Shown here in pieces: positions 29,728 through 39,031 of a stretch of 64,000 nucleotides of DNA. The stretch covers positions 512,001 through 576,000 of the forward strand of contig OY969561.1 of assembly GCA_963701085.1 (NCBI GenBank), read 5' to 3'. Below the pieces are notes generated by a model. The model was not told where the DNA came from and did not search any database. It saw only the letters and a list, made by a program, of their open reading frames with translations. A program made the position numbers and the translations under genes. This stretch comes from an uncultured bacterium (GTDB lineage Bacteria > Babelota > Babeliae > Babelales > Vermiphilaceae). Numbering within the stretch: position 1 is the first letter of the stretch; every line of letters begins with the position of its first letter.

Positions 29728-31548
29728 ATGAGTCAACGCATTCCCAATTTACAAGAATTTACCCCTGATAGAATCAGAAATTTTTCAATTATTGCCCATA
29801 TTGATCATGGCAAATCAACGCTATCTGACAGATTATTGGAAATATCAGGCACTATTACCGAACGGCAAAAAAAAGAACAATTTTTGGATAAACTCCAGGT
29901 AGAACGCGAACGCGGTATTACCGTTAAAGCGCAAACTGCATCAATGTTTTATGAATATAAAGGGGTAAAATACCTCCTTAACCTCATTGACACCCCGGGA
30001 CACGTTGATTTTACCTACGAAGTTTCCCGCTCATTATACGCATGCCAAGGAGCATTACTGCTCATTGATGCGGCACAAGGCGTCCAAGCGCAAACAATGG
30101 CCAACTTCTACCTTGCCTTTAATCAAGATTTGACCATTATTCCTATCATTAACAAAATTGATCTTCCCAATGCTGATATTGAAAAAGTAACCAATCAGTT
30201 TGTAAATCTATTCGATTTTAAAGCAGCGGAAGTCATTAAGGCATCAGCAAAGGCTAATATTGGTGTGACAGAGATCTTCCAAGCAGTGATTGAACGCATT
30301 CCAAGCTTGCACGTATCAGCCGATAAACCACTGCGCGCGCTGCTGTTTGATTCTTGGTTTGATGAATATCGCGGCGTAGTCTGCCTTATCGCACTCCATG
30401 ATGGCACCATCAAAAAAGGTGATATAATCTCTCTTGCACAAGCAAGCTCCAATTATGAAGTGCTAGAAGTAGGATTGATGTACCCAGAGCCAACGCCAAC
30501 CAACGTATTATATGCAGGCCAAGTTGGATACCTAATTACCGGTATGAAAACCATTAAAGAAGCCCAAATTGGTGATACCATTTACCACAACAAAAAACCG
30601 GTTGAACTATTTCCTGGCTTTAAACCAGCAAAACCAATGGTGTTTGCCGGCATATTCCCGGTGGATAGTGAAGAAATTGGCTTACTTGAGGAAGCAATTG
30701 AAAAATTAACACTCAATGATGCCAGCGTATCGGTGGAAAAAAAGACCTCTGCCGCTCTTGGTATTGGCTTCCGGTGCGGATTTTTGGGCATGTTACACAT
30801 GGAAGTGTTCAAGCAGCGCCTTGAACAAGAGTACCATTTATCAGTCATTGCAACCGCACCAAGCGTACTGTACCAAATAAAAATGGCCGGAACCGGCAAG
30901 CTTGTTGACATTGAAAATCCGTCAGATTTCCCTGAACGGAACTTTATTGAAGACATTCTTGAACCTATGATTGATGCAACAATCATCGTTCCCCAGCAAT
31001 ATCTTGGTAATGTTATTAAATTGTGCGAAGAAAAACGTGGCAGACAACAAAACCTTACGTACCTTGATGACACACGCGTCATCTTAAAATACCGCCTACC
31101 ACTTAATGAAGTTGCCATGGAATTTTTTGGTGATCTTAAGGGAATGAGCTCTGGTTATGCCAGTTTTGATTACGAATTTTCTGGTTATGAACCTGCAGAT
31201 TTGGTCAAAATGGATATTTTGCTCAACGGGAAAGCTGTTGACGCGCTTTCTATCATTATTCATAGAGATAGAGCCTTTTATATTGGTAGAGATCTCACGC
31301 AACGCTTGCAGAAGGTTATTCACCGCCAACTCTTTGAAGTTATCATCCAGGCAGCCATCGGAGCCAAAATTATTGCCCGGGAACGTGTTGCTCCATTGCG
31401 TAAAGACGTAACAGCAAAATGCTATGGTGGCGATATATCCCGTAAACGTAAGCTTCTTGAAAAGCAAAAAGAGGGTAAAAAGAAGATGAAACAGGTTGGT
31501 TCTGTTGAAGTACCCCAAGAAGCATTCTTATCCCTACTCAAGAAATAA
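29728..31548 (+). CDS. lepA: Elongation factor 4
   Basis: IRNFSIIAHIDHGKSTL, GFRCGFLG.LH, KCYGGDISRKRKLLEKQKEGK. Confidence 0.98.
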   Translation: MSQRIPNLQEFTPDRIRNFSIIAHIDHGKSTLSDRLLEISGTITERQKKEQFLDKLQVERERGITVKAQTASMFYEYKGVKYLLNLIDTPGHVDFTYEVSRSLYACQGALLLIDAAQGVQAQTMANFYLAFNQDLTIIPIINKIDLPNADIEKVTNQFVNLFDFKAAEVIKASAKANIGVTEIFQAVIERIPSLHVSADKPLRALLFDSWFDEYRGVVCLIALHDGTIKKGDIISLAQASSNYEVLEVGLMYPEPTPTNVLYAGQVGYLITGMKTIKEAQIGDTIYHNKKPVELFPGFKPAKPMVFAGIFPVDSEEIGLLEEAIEKLTLNDASVSVEKKTSAALGIGFRCGFLGMLHMEVFKQRLEQEYHLSVIATAPSVLYQIKMAGTGKLVDIENPSDFPERNFIEDILEPMIDATIIVPQQYLGNVIKLCEEKRGRQQNLTYLDDTRVILKYRLPLNEVAMEFFGDLKGMSSGYASFDYEFSGYEPADLVKMDILLNGKAVDALSIIIHRDRAFYIGRDLTQRLQKVIHRQLFEVIIQAAIGAKIIARERVAPLRKDVTAKCYGGDISRKRKLLEKQKEGKKKMKQVGSVEVPQEAFLSLLKK

Positions 31549-31569
31549 TTATCAACCCCCTGGACCGGG

Positions 31570-31823
31570 AAAAAGAGAAATCCCCAACTTAGACCGTTGG
31601 GGGACCCAACCTACGTAAGAACTACGGTTAATTTACGTGGAGGTGTTCTTGTAAACACCTCCACACCTCCATACACCAATGTTCCCTTGGATTCCTTAAC
31701 GGGTTAAAAGCAAGGTCGCTGATCAAACCTGCTCCTGATCCCGCGACGGTTTGATGGCGACCGAGCCCCATGTCATTTTAAGAAAAATGCCAGAAACTCG
31801 CTGGTAACCCTTCATGTACTTAT
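31570..31823 (-). ncRNA. Putative structured ncRNA, copy L, family unknown
   Basis: GC-rich and non-coding. Homologous to 32023..32252 in inverted orientation with compensatory changes. Ends in a hairpin plus U-tract on the minus strand. Confidence 0.7.
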
Positions 31824-31843
31824 TTAATTAATATTTTTATTTG

Positions 31844-32006
31844 TCCGCACCCTTCGATACACCACTACGTGGCACTCAGGGCGAGCGGAGAGAAAAAACT
31901 ATCAAGGGAAAAGAAATTAAATATCTCTTTCTCATCACTTTCGTGATTATTTCCCCCCGCTCGCCCTGAGTGTTTTTGTCTTCAAAAATGTATCGAAGGG
32001 TGCGGA
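31844..32006. repeat. Pair of inverted type A repeat arms between the two ncRNA copies
   Basis: tccgcacccttcgatac...cactcagggcgagcgg (31844-31888) and ccgctcgccctgagtg...gtatcgaagggtgcgga (31957-32006). Confidence 0.92.
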
Positions 32007-32022
32007 ACATCTTTTTTTAATT

Positions 32023-32252
32023 ATAAGTACATGGAGAGTTCTCGGCGGGTTTCTAGCGCTTCTCAGCGATATGGGGCCCGTCGCCATCAGCTCTTCTAAT
32101 CTTTGCTGATGGTGACCTGAGCCTAGAACTCGATAAGGAATCCAAGGGAACCATTGGTGCACGAGTGCAGAGGGGTTGCAAAACCCCTTTGCGAAAGAAT
32201 TCACTGCTGCAAAGCAGTGGGGTCCCCGGCGCCAAGCTGGGGATTAATTCTT
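32023..32252 (+). ncRNA. Putative structured ncRNA, copy R, family unknown
   Basis: Multiple stems whose mismatches are G-U only on the plus strand, a GCAA tetraloop and a terminal hairpin. Confidence 0.72.
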
Positions 32253-32409
32253 AAATTAACAGCATTGGGTCTTTTTTTACCAAGCAAAACATTCACCCAT
32301 AAGCCTTTTCCCTATCAAAGTTAATTCAATTCTTGATTTATTAATCCTCTTTGTAATAAATTGAAGGAGTAAATATATTATTTCCTCAAAACCAAAAGAA
32401 GGAGCCTTT

Positions 32410-32616
32410 ATGAAAAATCATAAAGAAAATCAACAACACCATGATGTCATCAAATCGAACGACCAACCAAAAAGCAGATATTTTGACACGAAAGCATGCC
32501 ACTGTGGCTGCGACACCTGCAATGAATGCACCAACAGTTGTGATACAAAAAAATGTTCATGCGGCTGTGAAAACTGTCATTGCAACGGAAACCCTGAAGG
32601 CCATTGTTGCGCCTAA
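32410..32616 (+). CDS. Small Cys/His-rich metallothionein-like protein
   Basis: Strong GAAGGAG RBS; CHCGCDTCNEC...CSCGCENCHC...HCC. Confidence 0.65.
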   Translation: MKNHKENQQHHDVIKSNDQPKSRYFDTKACHCGCDTCNECTNSCDTKKCSCGCENCHCNGNPEGHCCA

Positions 32617-32644
32617 ACCAATACTATAAAAAAAGGAAGTTCTC

Positions 32645-33328
32645 ATGAATAAAAGAATAAATGCAATAATACTCAGCATACTTGCAAGTATGCTCTTAAT
32701 AACACAAGACACATTCCCACGCGGTGGTGGCGGCGGTGGCCGTGGTGGTGGCGGTGGCGGTCGTGGTGGCGGCGGCGGACGTGGCATGGGCGGTGGTGGT
32801 CGTAGCATGGGTGGCGGTAGAGGATTCGGTGGCGGTCGTGGTGGTGCTGGCGCAAGACCTGGAGCGGGACGACCTAGTACAAGACCTGGAGCTGGCGCTG
32901 CTGGTAGACCTGGTGTTGGTAGACCTGGTGCTGGTAGACCTGGTGCTGGTAGACCTGGTGCTGGCAATAGACCTGGTTCTGGCAATAGACCTGGTTCTGG
33001 CAATAGAGGCAACCGAGGAAATCGCGGCAATCGTACTACTGTTAATAATTTTTATGGTCATGGAGGTAACAACTGGGGTGGATGGGGAGCTTGGGGAGGC
33101 TACGGATTGTTCTTAGGAACCCTTGGTCTTACTTATGCACTAACAGCAAGTGCTGCATACCCTTATCAGTCCGACTATGATGGTTATTATTACGCATCCC
33201 AAGCAGAAGCGGATAGAGCAGAACAAGCTGCGGAAGATGCAATTGCAGCAGCTGATAGAGCTGAAGGATCTGCACAAAGTGCTGAGTATTCAGCAGGATA
33301 TGCAGCAGGAGCTGCTGTTCGAAAATAA
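32645..33328 (+). CDS. Secreted Gly/Arg-rich low-complexity protein
   Basis: Signal peptide, RGG tracts, GRPGA and GNRPGS repeats, a hydrophobic segment and an Ala-rich helix. Followed by a terminator. Confidence 0.8.
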   Translation: MNKRINAIILSILASMLLITQDTFPRGGGGGGRGGGGGGRGGGGGRGMGGGGRSMGGGRGFGGGRGGAGARPGAGRPSTRPGAGAAGRPGVGRPGAGRPGAGRPGAGNRPGSGNRPGSGNRGNRGNRGNRTTVNNFYGHGGNNWGGWGAWGGYGLFLGTLGLTYALTASAAYPYQSDYDGYYYASQAEADRAEQAAEDAIAAADRAEGSAQSAEYSAGYAAGAAVRK

Positions 33329-33351
33329 CCAGTAAAAATCTGTAAACTATT

Positions 33352-33384
33352 AAATGGCGTACCTTCATTGGTACGCCATTTTTT
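33352..33384 (+). terminator. Rho-independent terminator
   Basis: aaatggcgtacc-ttcatt-ggtacgccattttt. Confidence 0.8.
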
Positions 33385-33468
33385 ATGGCCATTTGCCCAA
33401 TACCCCAATTTTAGCTATGCTCAATATGAGATAACAACCTTTATTTCCAAAACCAAGGAGTCCTGCAC

Positions 33469-34578
33469 ATGGAGCCCCTAAGACCAGATACAGAATTAAA
33501 AAAAGAGAAAACTGATCATATATTTTCAGGCAATATTCTCATTTTATGGGCTTATGATGTTGGTGAAGACATTAACTTACAAAAAATTGAAGAATCACGC
33601 GATATTATTAAAATTCCACTCCACCTACCAAAACATTTTAAACAATATAACGTTCCGCTTGCTATTGAACTTCCGCGCCCACATTCAAGCTCCTTTTTTA
33701 TCAGCAGTAAAATACATAGCTTTGGCGCAATATCTTTAACGTACAAAATTCCATTCACTGATACCCTGGAAAATCTTCGCGTAAACTGCAATGAACTAGC
33801 AAATAAATATCAGCAACAAAGCGTTAAAGATGCCGAATCTATCTATAAAAAAATAGAACCTTTTACTATCCAGCCAAAATTCTTCCAAACAAGTGCATCA
33901 TACGTTATTATTCAGGTTGATCCGCAGCCGACCGCACTTGATTTAACACAACTGCAAAAAGCGTATGGTAGCACCATTGCATCTACCCTGAGATTTGAAA
34001 CAGAAATATTATCAGAGTTCCAAAAAAATGAAATTTTAGACTCTGCAATTGGCTACTTCCGCGGCAGTTTAATTGTTATAGATATTGACGCTGCATTTGT
34101 ATATGAAGAAGAGTATGACGATATTATCGATTTGTTCGAATTTGCTAATATCCAACAGCTTGAATTACGTTTCTTTGACCGTCTCCTTGATCAACAGATC
34201 AACACTATTTATGAACGTAAAGAAACAACATTATCTTGGGGTGCTTATTTGCCATTCTTTGGCACATTTTTCAGTGATCCGGTTGGCCAGCTGCGTAAAT
34301 TAAAAGCTGATATTTCCGTTATTACTGAACGGTTAGAAAGCAACATAAAAATTGCAGGAGAACCGTATTATTCAGAAATTCATAATCTTCTTGCTGATAA
34401 ACTTGATCTTAAAAATTGGCATGATGGCATTGATAGAAAATTGCGTATCGTTGAAGATGTGCAGACGGTATTTCAACAAAAAATTGATGCTAATCGGGAA
34501 GATCTCTTTTCCGTACTCATTATTATCTTAATTTTTATTGAACTTATGTTTGGTGTTTTGAGTTATTTAAAGGGCTAA
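33469..34578 (+). CDS. Conserved hypothetical membrane protein (possibly RMD1/DUF155-like)
   Basis: 369 aa with a C-terminal TM helix after a coiled region (W...IDRKL...IIILIFIE). Family call is tentative. Confidence 0.55.
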   Translation: MEPLRPDTELKKEKTDHIFSGNILILWAYDVGEDINLQKIEESRDIIKIPLHLPKHFKQYNVPLAIELPRPHSSSFFISSKIHSFGAISLTYKIPFTDTLENLRVNCNELANKYQQQSVKDAESIYKKIEPFTIQPKFFQTSASYVIIQVDPQPTALDLTQLQKAYGSTIASTLRFETEILSEFQKNEILDSAIGYFRGSLIVIDIDAAFVYEEEYDDIIDLFEFANIQQLELRFFDRLLDQQINTIYERKETTLSWGAYLPFFGTFFSDPVGQLRKLKADISVITERLESNIKIAGEPYYSEIHNLLADKLDLKNWHDGIDRKLRIVEDVQTVFQQKIDANREDLFSVLIIILIFIELMFGVLSYLKG

Positions 34579-35715
34579 ACTTGATGGATACTGCTCTTTA
34601 ACGCAACATTCCACCGCATCATCATAAGCTTTTTTAATCTCGCCAATAGCATCTAATAATTCAGCGTATTCTGCAAATGCAATTTTTTCAGCATTCAACA
34701 AATTTATATCAAATGTATCAGGAAAATTAATGTGTAACGGCTCAATCGTTTTATAGATATGATACAGCCGAACAGACGGCGTTACTTTATCTCCGCATGC
34801 TGTATTATAGTGTTCAATACATGAACACAAAAGAGCAATCTTACCCTTGTAACTATCATAAGCAAGTTTCATCTTGATATTCTCTAAAAGTATTGGCTCA
34901 TATGTATTCAGAGCATAATACCCTAAATCCTTTTCGTTCTGTATCAAACCTTTATTTTTCGCCCCATTGATCATAATAATAATAGTGCGCAATGTACTAT
35001 AAGGCTCTGGCGAGCACAACATTGCAAAAGCATCATGTACAAACTTTTTTTTCCAATCTTCATCAAAGGACACACCTTTATTACCTAACTGATCAAATTT
35101 TTGATTTGAGTGTATAAAAGAAACAAGCTCATGATAATGTGGGATTTTATTTAATAACAATGCATTAGTATCTTCAATCAATACCTCAATGACCTTACAA
35201 CTACCCACAAGATTAAGCCTTTTAGCCACAGGAGACCATGTTGTAGGCAGTATCTCTCCTGACGTTGCTGCTTTCTGATTATAATTCTTAAGAAAATAAA
35301 AAAAGAGAGAAGTTTTTTGATTAACAGTATCACGACAAAACGCAAACTTTCCCATGTGATCTTCATTAATACTATATTCCAGCTTTACATCATTACACGC
35401 ATTAATACATTGTATAAGATCTTGATAACGTGGAGATTTACAAGCAAGAAACAAACTGACTTTTTTATACAAATCATGCATATAATCACGGTGAGTTGGC
35501 ACAAGAGAGTTACACAATGATTCTTGTTGGTCTTGTTTTCTTTGCTCATTCAATGCATTTAATTCGATTGGTGCTTGAGAAGGAACTGGATTAATTAAAC
35601 TTCTAAAATTCAAGATGCTGTAACTATAAGGGACTATAAATGGTGTGCTATTCATGCACAATAAAGAAGAAATGTTACAAAGGGCTATGATACAGGCTGC
35701 ATAAAGCATAAACAT
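34567..35715 (-). CDS. Secreted hypothetical protein
   Basis: AAGGAGG RBS; signal peptide ending SLLC-M. Confidence 0.75.
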   Translation of the reverse strand: MFMLYAACIIALCNISSLLCMNSTPFIVPYSYSILNFRSLINPVPSQAPIELNALNEQRKQDQQESLCNSLVPTHRDYMHDLYKKVSLFLACKSPRYQDLIQCINACNDVKLEYSINEDHMGKFAFCRDTVNQKTSLFFYFLKNYNQKAATSGEILPTTWSPVAKRLNLVGSCKVIEVLIEDTNALLLNKIPHYHELVSFIHSNQKFDQLGNKGVSFDEDWKKKFVHDAFAMLCSPEPYSTLRTIIIMINGAKNKGLIQNEKDLGYYALNTYEPILLENIKMKLAYDSYKGKIALLCSCIEHYNTACGDKVTPSVRLYHIYKTIEPLHINFPDTFDINLLNAEKIAFAEYAELLDAIGEIKKAYDDAVECCVKEQYPSSLAL

Positions 35716-35797
35716 AATAACCTCCTTATTTTTAGATTATCACTCATGCTCTTTACACTAACAAAAATGTTATCAATTAAAAAAGTATATAAAAACA

Positions 35798-35835
35798 AAT
35801 AAAGCTGCAAGGCCTGTAAGTCTTGCAGCTTTATT
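35798..35835 (-). terminator. Terminator after grpE
   Basis: aataaagctgcaag...cttgcagctttatt hairpin. Confidence 0.7.
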
Positions 35836-35855
35836 AATGATTATTATGTATGTAT

Positions 35856-36407
35856 TTATTTGGCTACACTCACGGTAGCAGGGCGGATAACCTTATCATG
35901 CATGGTGTATCCTTTTTGAAGAACCTGCACAACTTGACCTGATTTATGTTTGTCGGATTCAACTTGAACCAATGCTTCATGATATTTAGGATTAAAGACA
36001 GAAAAATCACTCATTTCTTGAATCCCAAATTTAGCTAAAACTTTTTCAAGCGATTGATAAATCATCTCAAAACCAGCAAGCCATGCAACACCTGCAGCAT
36101 TTTCACGTTTTTTCTCTTGTTCAAGAGCACGTTCAAAATTATCAATAATCGCAAGAAGTTCTACAAAAACTTGCTTTTGAGCATCATGTGCCCAATCAAT
36201 TCTTTCTTGAGTAACTCGTTTTTTATAATTTTGAAAATCTGCCGTTAGGGATAAATATTTCTCAGCCCACTCTGTAACAGCTGCATTCGCCTTATCAAGT
36301 TGTTCTTTTTCACTCAAAACAGGCTCATTAGTGCCATCTAGTGATGCATTTGCATCATCATTACCGCCAAACCCGAAAAATTTCTTAAATTTATCATTGT
36401 CATTCAT
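35856..36407 (-). CDS. grpE: Nucleotide exchange factor GrpE
   Basis: ADFQNYKKR, IDNFERAL, FNPKYHEA, QKGY....VIRPATVSVAK. Confidence 0.96.
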   Translation of the reverse strand: MNDNDKFKKFFGFGGNDDANASLDGTNEPVLSEKEQLDKANAAVTEWAEKYLSLTADFQNYKKRVTQERIDWAHDAQKQVFVELLAIIDNFERALEQEKKRENAAGVAWLAGFEMIYQSLEKVLAKFGIQEMSDFSVFNPKYHEALVQVESDKHKSGQVVQVLQKGYTMHDKVIRPATVSVAK

Positions 36408-36530
36408 AAGAAAAATCCCCCTTACCTACAATATTCTAAAAAAACAATCTATGACTTAAGTATACCACTTTTCCTTTTTTTGATAAATTCCTTATACTTA
36501 AAAAAAACAGATTTTTAAAGAAAAAACCCT

Positions 36531-37793
36531 ATGAAAAATAAAAAAATTTATCTCATTATCCTGATTACTGCCGCCCATGCGGCATTTGCTATTGATAATC
36601 CTCATTTTTATCGTGCTACCAATATGTTTCTTGAGCCACGGCTTGAACATGACTACCTCACCACTTTTATCGCAACATTGGGAGGAGGAACTACTACCGA
36701 GGGACGCTCAAAAAACAATACCATAGTGCCACTACTCGATATATATGGCACCCACAACATCCAAGAATTGAACATTAACACCGCATTCACAAACCCCAAT
36801 AAACCTTACGACTTACTGCTCAATAACCTTGCACAACTGCCAAACAGACCTAATTTTGCAACAATTTCAATTGATGGAAAGTTTAATATCATAGAATCAA
36901 ACCTTTCATTTGCGCAAAACCTTGCTCACGGACTGTTCCTTTTCTTTTATTTACCGGTCAGAAGACTTAAAATAACTGATATTGGCATTACCGATCTTTC
37001 CCCGGACGACCAAACATTCCCTAACAAGCATACCCCTGAATGGCAAACCGTATGGCAGACACTCAATCCCCTTTTAACCAATTATGGCATCAATAGCTGT
37101 TCAACAATAAGCACGGGGGTTGGCGATCTTACCTCATGGTTAGGATGGACACATAACTATCAAGACACAACCACTATCGATTTTGTTGATGTTACCGTTA
37201 TGGCTGGATTCCTTGCTCCTACCGGTAAAGAACGCAACGAAAATAAACTCTTTTCACTCCCAACAGGCTACAATGGTCATTGGGGATTGCCGTTATGCGC
37301 AATGCTCTCGGTTGGCTGGTATGAATGGGTAACTGTTGGCGGATATCTCAACACGCTTTTTTTTACAAACAAAAATCACACCATGCGCCTCAAGACAGAT
37401 ATAGCGCAAAATGGCATCATAAAGCTCGCGTGCGGCGATGTTTCTGTACACAAAGGGCCACTCATCAACACAGGAGTTTATTTTAAAGCAGACCATTTTG
37501 GCCATGGATTTTCATTCACCACTGCTTATTCATTTGCTTCTCAACAAAAAGACCATCTTACACCAAAAAATCCAGCACTCTTTGATCGCTCCATTATTAA
37601 CAGCGACCAAACACTTGCTGGCTGGAATATGCATACCTTTAATTTTTCGCTTGAATATGATTTTTCCCGTGAAGGTAAAAACGTTGGCAACCGCATCGGC
37701 CTATTCTATAACCTTCAAATAGCGGGCGCAAGAACGTTTAACACCAACGTCACCGGCGGCACATATGGCATTGATATTGGCTGGTATATTTAA
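36531..37793 (+). CDS. Secreted hypothetical protein, probable outer-membrane beta-barrel
   Basis: Signal peptide ending AFA, beta-strand periodicity and an aromatic C-terminus (GIDIGWYI). Paralog of 3..1505. Confidence 0.6.
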   Translation: MKNKKIYLIILITAAHAAFAIDNPHFYRATNMFLEPRLEHDYLTTFIATLGGGTTTEGRSKNNTIVPLLDIYGTHNIQELNINTAFTNPNKPYDLLLNNLAQLPNRPNFATISIDGKFNIIESNLSFAQNLAHGLFLFFYLPVRRLKITDIGITDLSPDDQTFPNKHTPEWQTVWQTLNPLLTNYGINSCSTISTGVGDLTSWLGWTHNYQDTTTIDFVDVTVMAGFLAPTGKERNENKLFSLPTGYNGHWGLPLCAMLSVGWYEWVTVGGYLNTLFFTNKNHTMRLKTDIAQNGIIKLACGDVSVHKGPLINTGVYFKADHFGHGFSFTTAYSFASQQKDHLTPKNPALFDRSIINSDQTLAGWNMHTFNFSLEYDFSREGKNVGNRIGLFYNLQIAGARTFNTNVTGGTYGIDIGWYI

Positions 37794-37795
37794 AC

Positions 37796-38263
37796 CTAAT
37801 CCCGCTCATCCTGAGTGTTTTTGCCCTGCAAAAATGTATCGAAGGATTTTTCCATTGCGCAAATCATATCCTCAGCACAAAGAACAAAATCATAAGTTTT
37901 AGGCGTAATGACAACCAAAGAGAGTAACTGCTTAACTTTATTCAATACGGCAGCAAAATAGGCTGTATCATCTGCAATCCGTGGTGTCCCTTCTTGATGC
38001 ATACGATTGATACAAAATTGCGTAAAAGCTAACCGACCTAACAATAAATCAAACGATAACATCGCTCCATCACTCTTTTTTTCAAAAACATTAATCAATG
38101 CCTGCCACACATGCATCGATGACTCTAATCCTTTTTGATACCACGTCACGGGAAACAAAGAATCAAATGATAGGTTGACCTGATACGTTTGGGTCTTTGA
38201 TGATATACAACAGAAAACAACTGCCATTATCATCATCCAACTTTTTAAACTTTTTTCCATCAT
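37796..38263 (-). CDS. Hypothetical exported protein whose C-terminus is repeat-derived
   Basis: The last residues SFDTFLQGKNTQDERD are encoded by the repeat at 37802..37846. Confidence 0.65.
   Translation of the reverse strand: MMEKSLKSWMMIMAVVFCCISSKTQTYQVNLSFDSLFPVTWYQKGLESSMHVWQALINVFEKKSDGAMLSFDLLLGRLAFTQFCINRMHQEGTPRIADDTAYFAAVLNKVKQLLSLVVITPKTYDFVLCAEDMICAMEKSFDTFLQGKNTQDERD
37802..37846. repeat. Type A repeat arm within the 3' end of a gene
   Basis: ccgctcatcctgagtgtttttgccctgcaaaaatgtatcgaagga. Confidence 0.9.
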
Positions 38264-38349
38264 TCCCCCCTCTTACTAACAGCGTTTTCTCTACCTCCAT
38301 TGTTACAAATACCTCAGAGCAATGTCAATAAATATTCAATTAGAATATA

Positions 38350-38475
38350 TCCTTCGATACATTTTTGCACGCAAAAACACTCAGGATGAACGGAGGAGTA
38401 ATCCTTATCCGCTCGCCCTGAGTGCGTTTTTTATGCCCGATCGTCCTGAGTGCCCCGTAGGGGTGTATCGAAGGA
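38350..38475. repeat. Cluster of type A repeat arms downstream of ssb
   Basis: Arms at 38351-38393, 38409-38424 (partial) and 38437-38475. Confidence 0.9.
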
Positions 38476-38476
38476 A

Positions 38477-39031
38477 CTAGAAGGGCAAGTTATCTTCAAA
38501 TGGAGGTTCATCCTGAAAATCAATCTCGCCGGTTGAAGGAGCTTCTTCTTTTTTAACTGCTTTGGTCGCTTTAACACGTGTTTGCGCTTTTTCTAATTGC
38601 GCGAGCAAATCACGCTCAACAGCGTTGTTTGGATTAAGCTGAACACCAGCATCAGATTCATCTGCTAATGATGCACCAAATGCAGTTTCGGCCGAAGCGC
38701 CATTAGAAAGAAAGACAACACGCTCTGCAACAATAGAATGCTTGCTACGTTTTTGGCCTGTTTGATCATCCCATGAGTCTAATTTAAGACGACCTTCAAT
38801 CAGTACTGGACGACCTTTTTGCAAATACTGACGACAGCTTTCCGCTTGTGCGCCCCAAACATCAACATCAATGTAGCACACTTCTTGTACCAAATTGCCT
38901 GTTTGCTTATTTTTGAATTGACGATTGGTTGCTAATCCAAGACGGCATACCGCTTGCCCAGATGCAAGATTACGGTATTCAGGATCTCTTGTTAAATTAC
39001 CAATCATAATAATGCGATTAAACGCTGCCAT
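38477..39031 (-). CDS. ssb: Single-stranded DNA-binding protein
   Basis: NRIIMIGNLTRDPE, YLQKG..VLIEGRL and an acidic DNLPF tail. Confidence 0.96.
   Translation of the reverse strand: MAAFNRIIMIGNLTRDPEYRNLASGQAVCRLGLATNRQFKNKQTGNLVQEVCYIDVDVWGAQAESCRQYLQKGRPVLIEGRLKLDSWDDQTGQKRSKHSIVAERVVFLSNGASAETAFGASLADESDAGVQLNPNNAVERDLLAQLEKAQTRVKATKAVKKEEAPSTGEIDFQDEPPFEDNLPF

Noticed and set aside
31947-32235. ORFs 31947..32204 and 32053..32235, and short ATG-started peptides at the RNA 5' ends
   Set aside because: They are read-throughs of the RNA and repeat. The peptides from the two copies differ in length and frame, so coding is not conserved.
31570-32252. The RNA pair as tmRNA, RNase P, SRP, 6S, T-box or c-di-AMP riboswitch
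   Set aside because: No tRNA-like ends or tag ORF, no GAGGAAAGUCC/ACAGAA pair, no SRP domain IV motif, not a single rod, and no T-box UGGNACC. GGGGGACCCAA resembles ydaO only on the strand disfavoured by G-U pairs, and the following GGGGUGAAUC is missing. This was judged by eye, so an Rfam search is still needed.
32557-33116. Pro-rich, Val-rich and Thr/Ser-rich alternative ORFs
   Set aside because: Shadow frames of the low-complexity Gly/Arg gene 32645..33328, which has the RBS, signal peptide and terminator.
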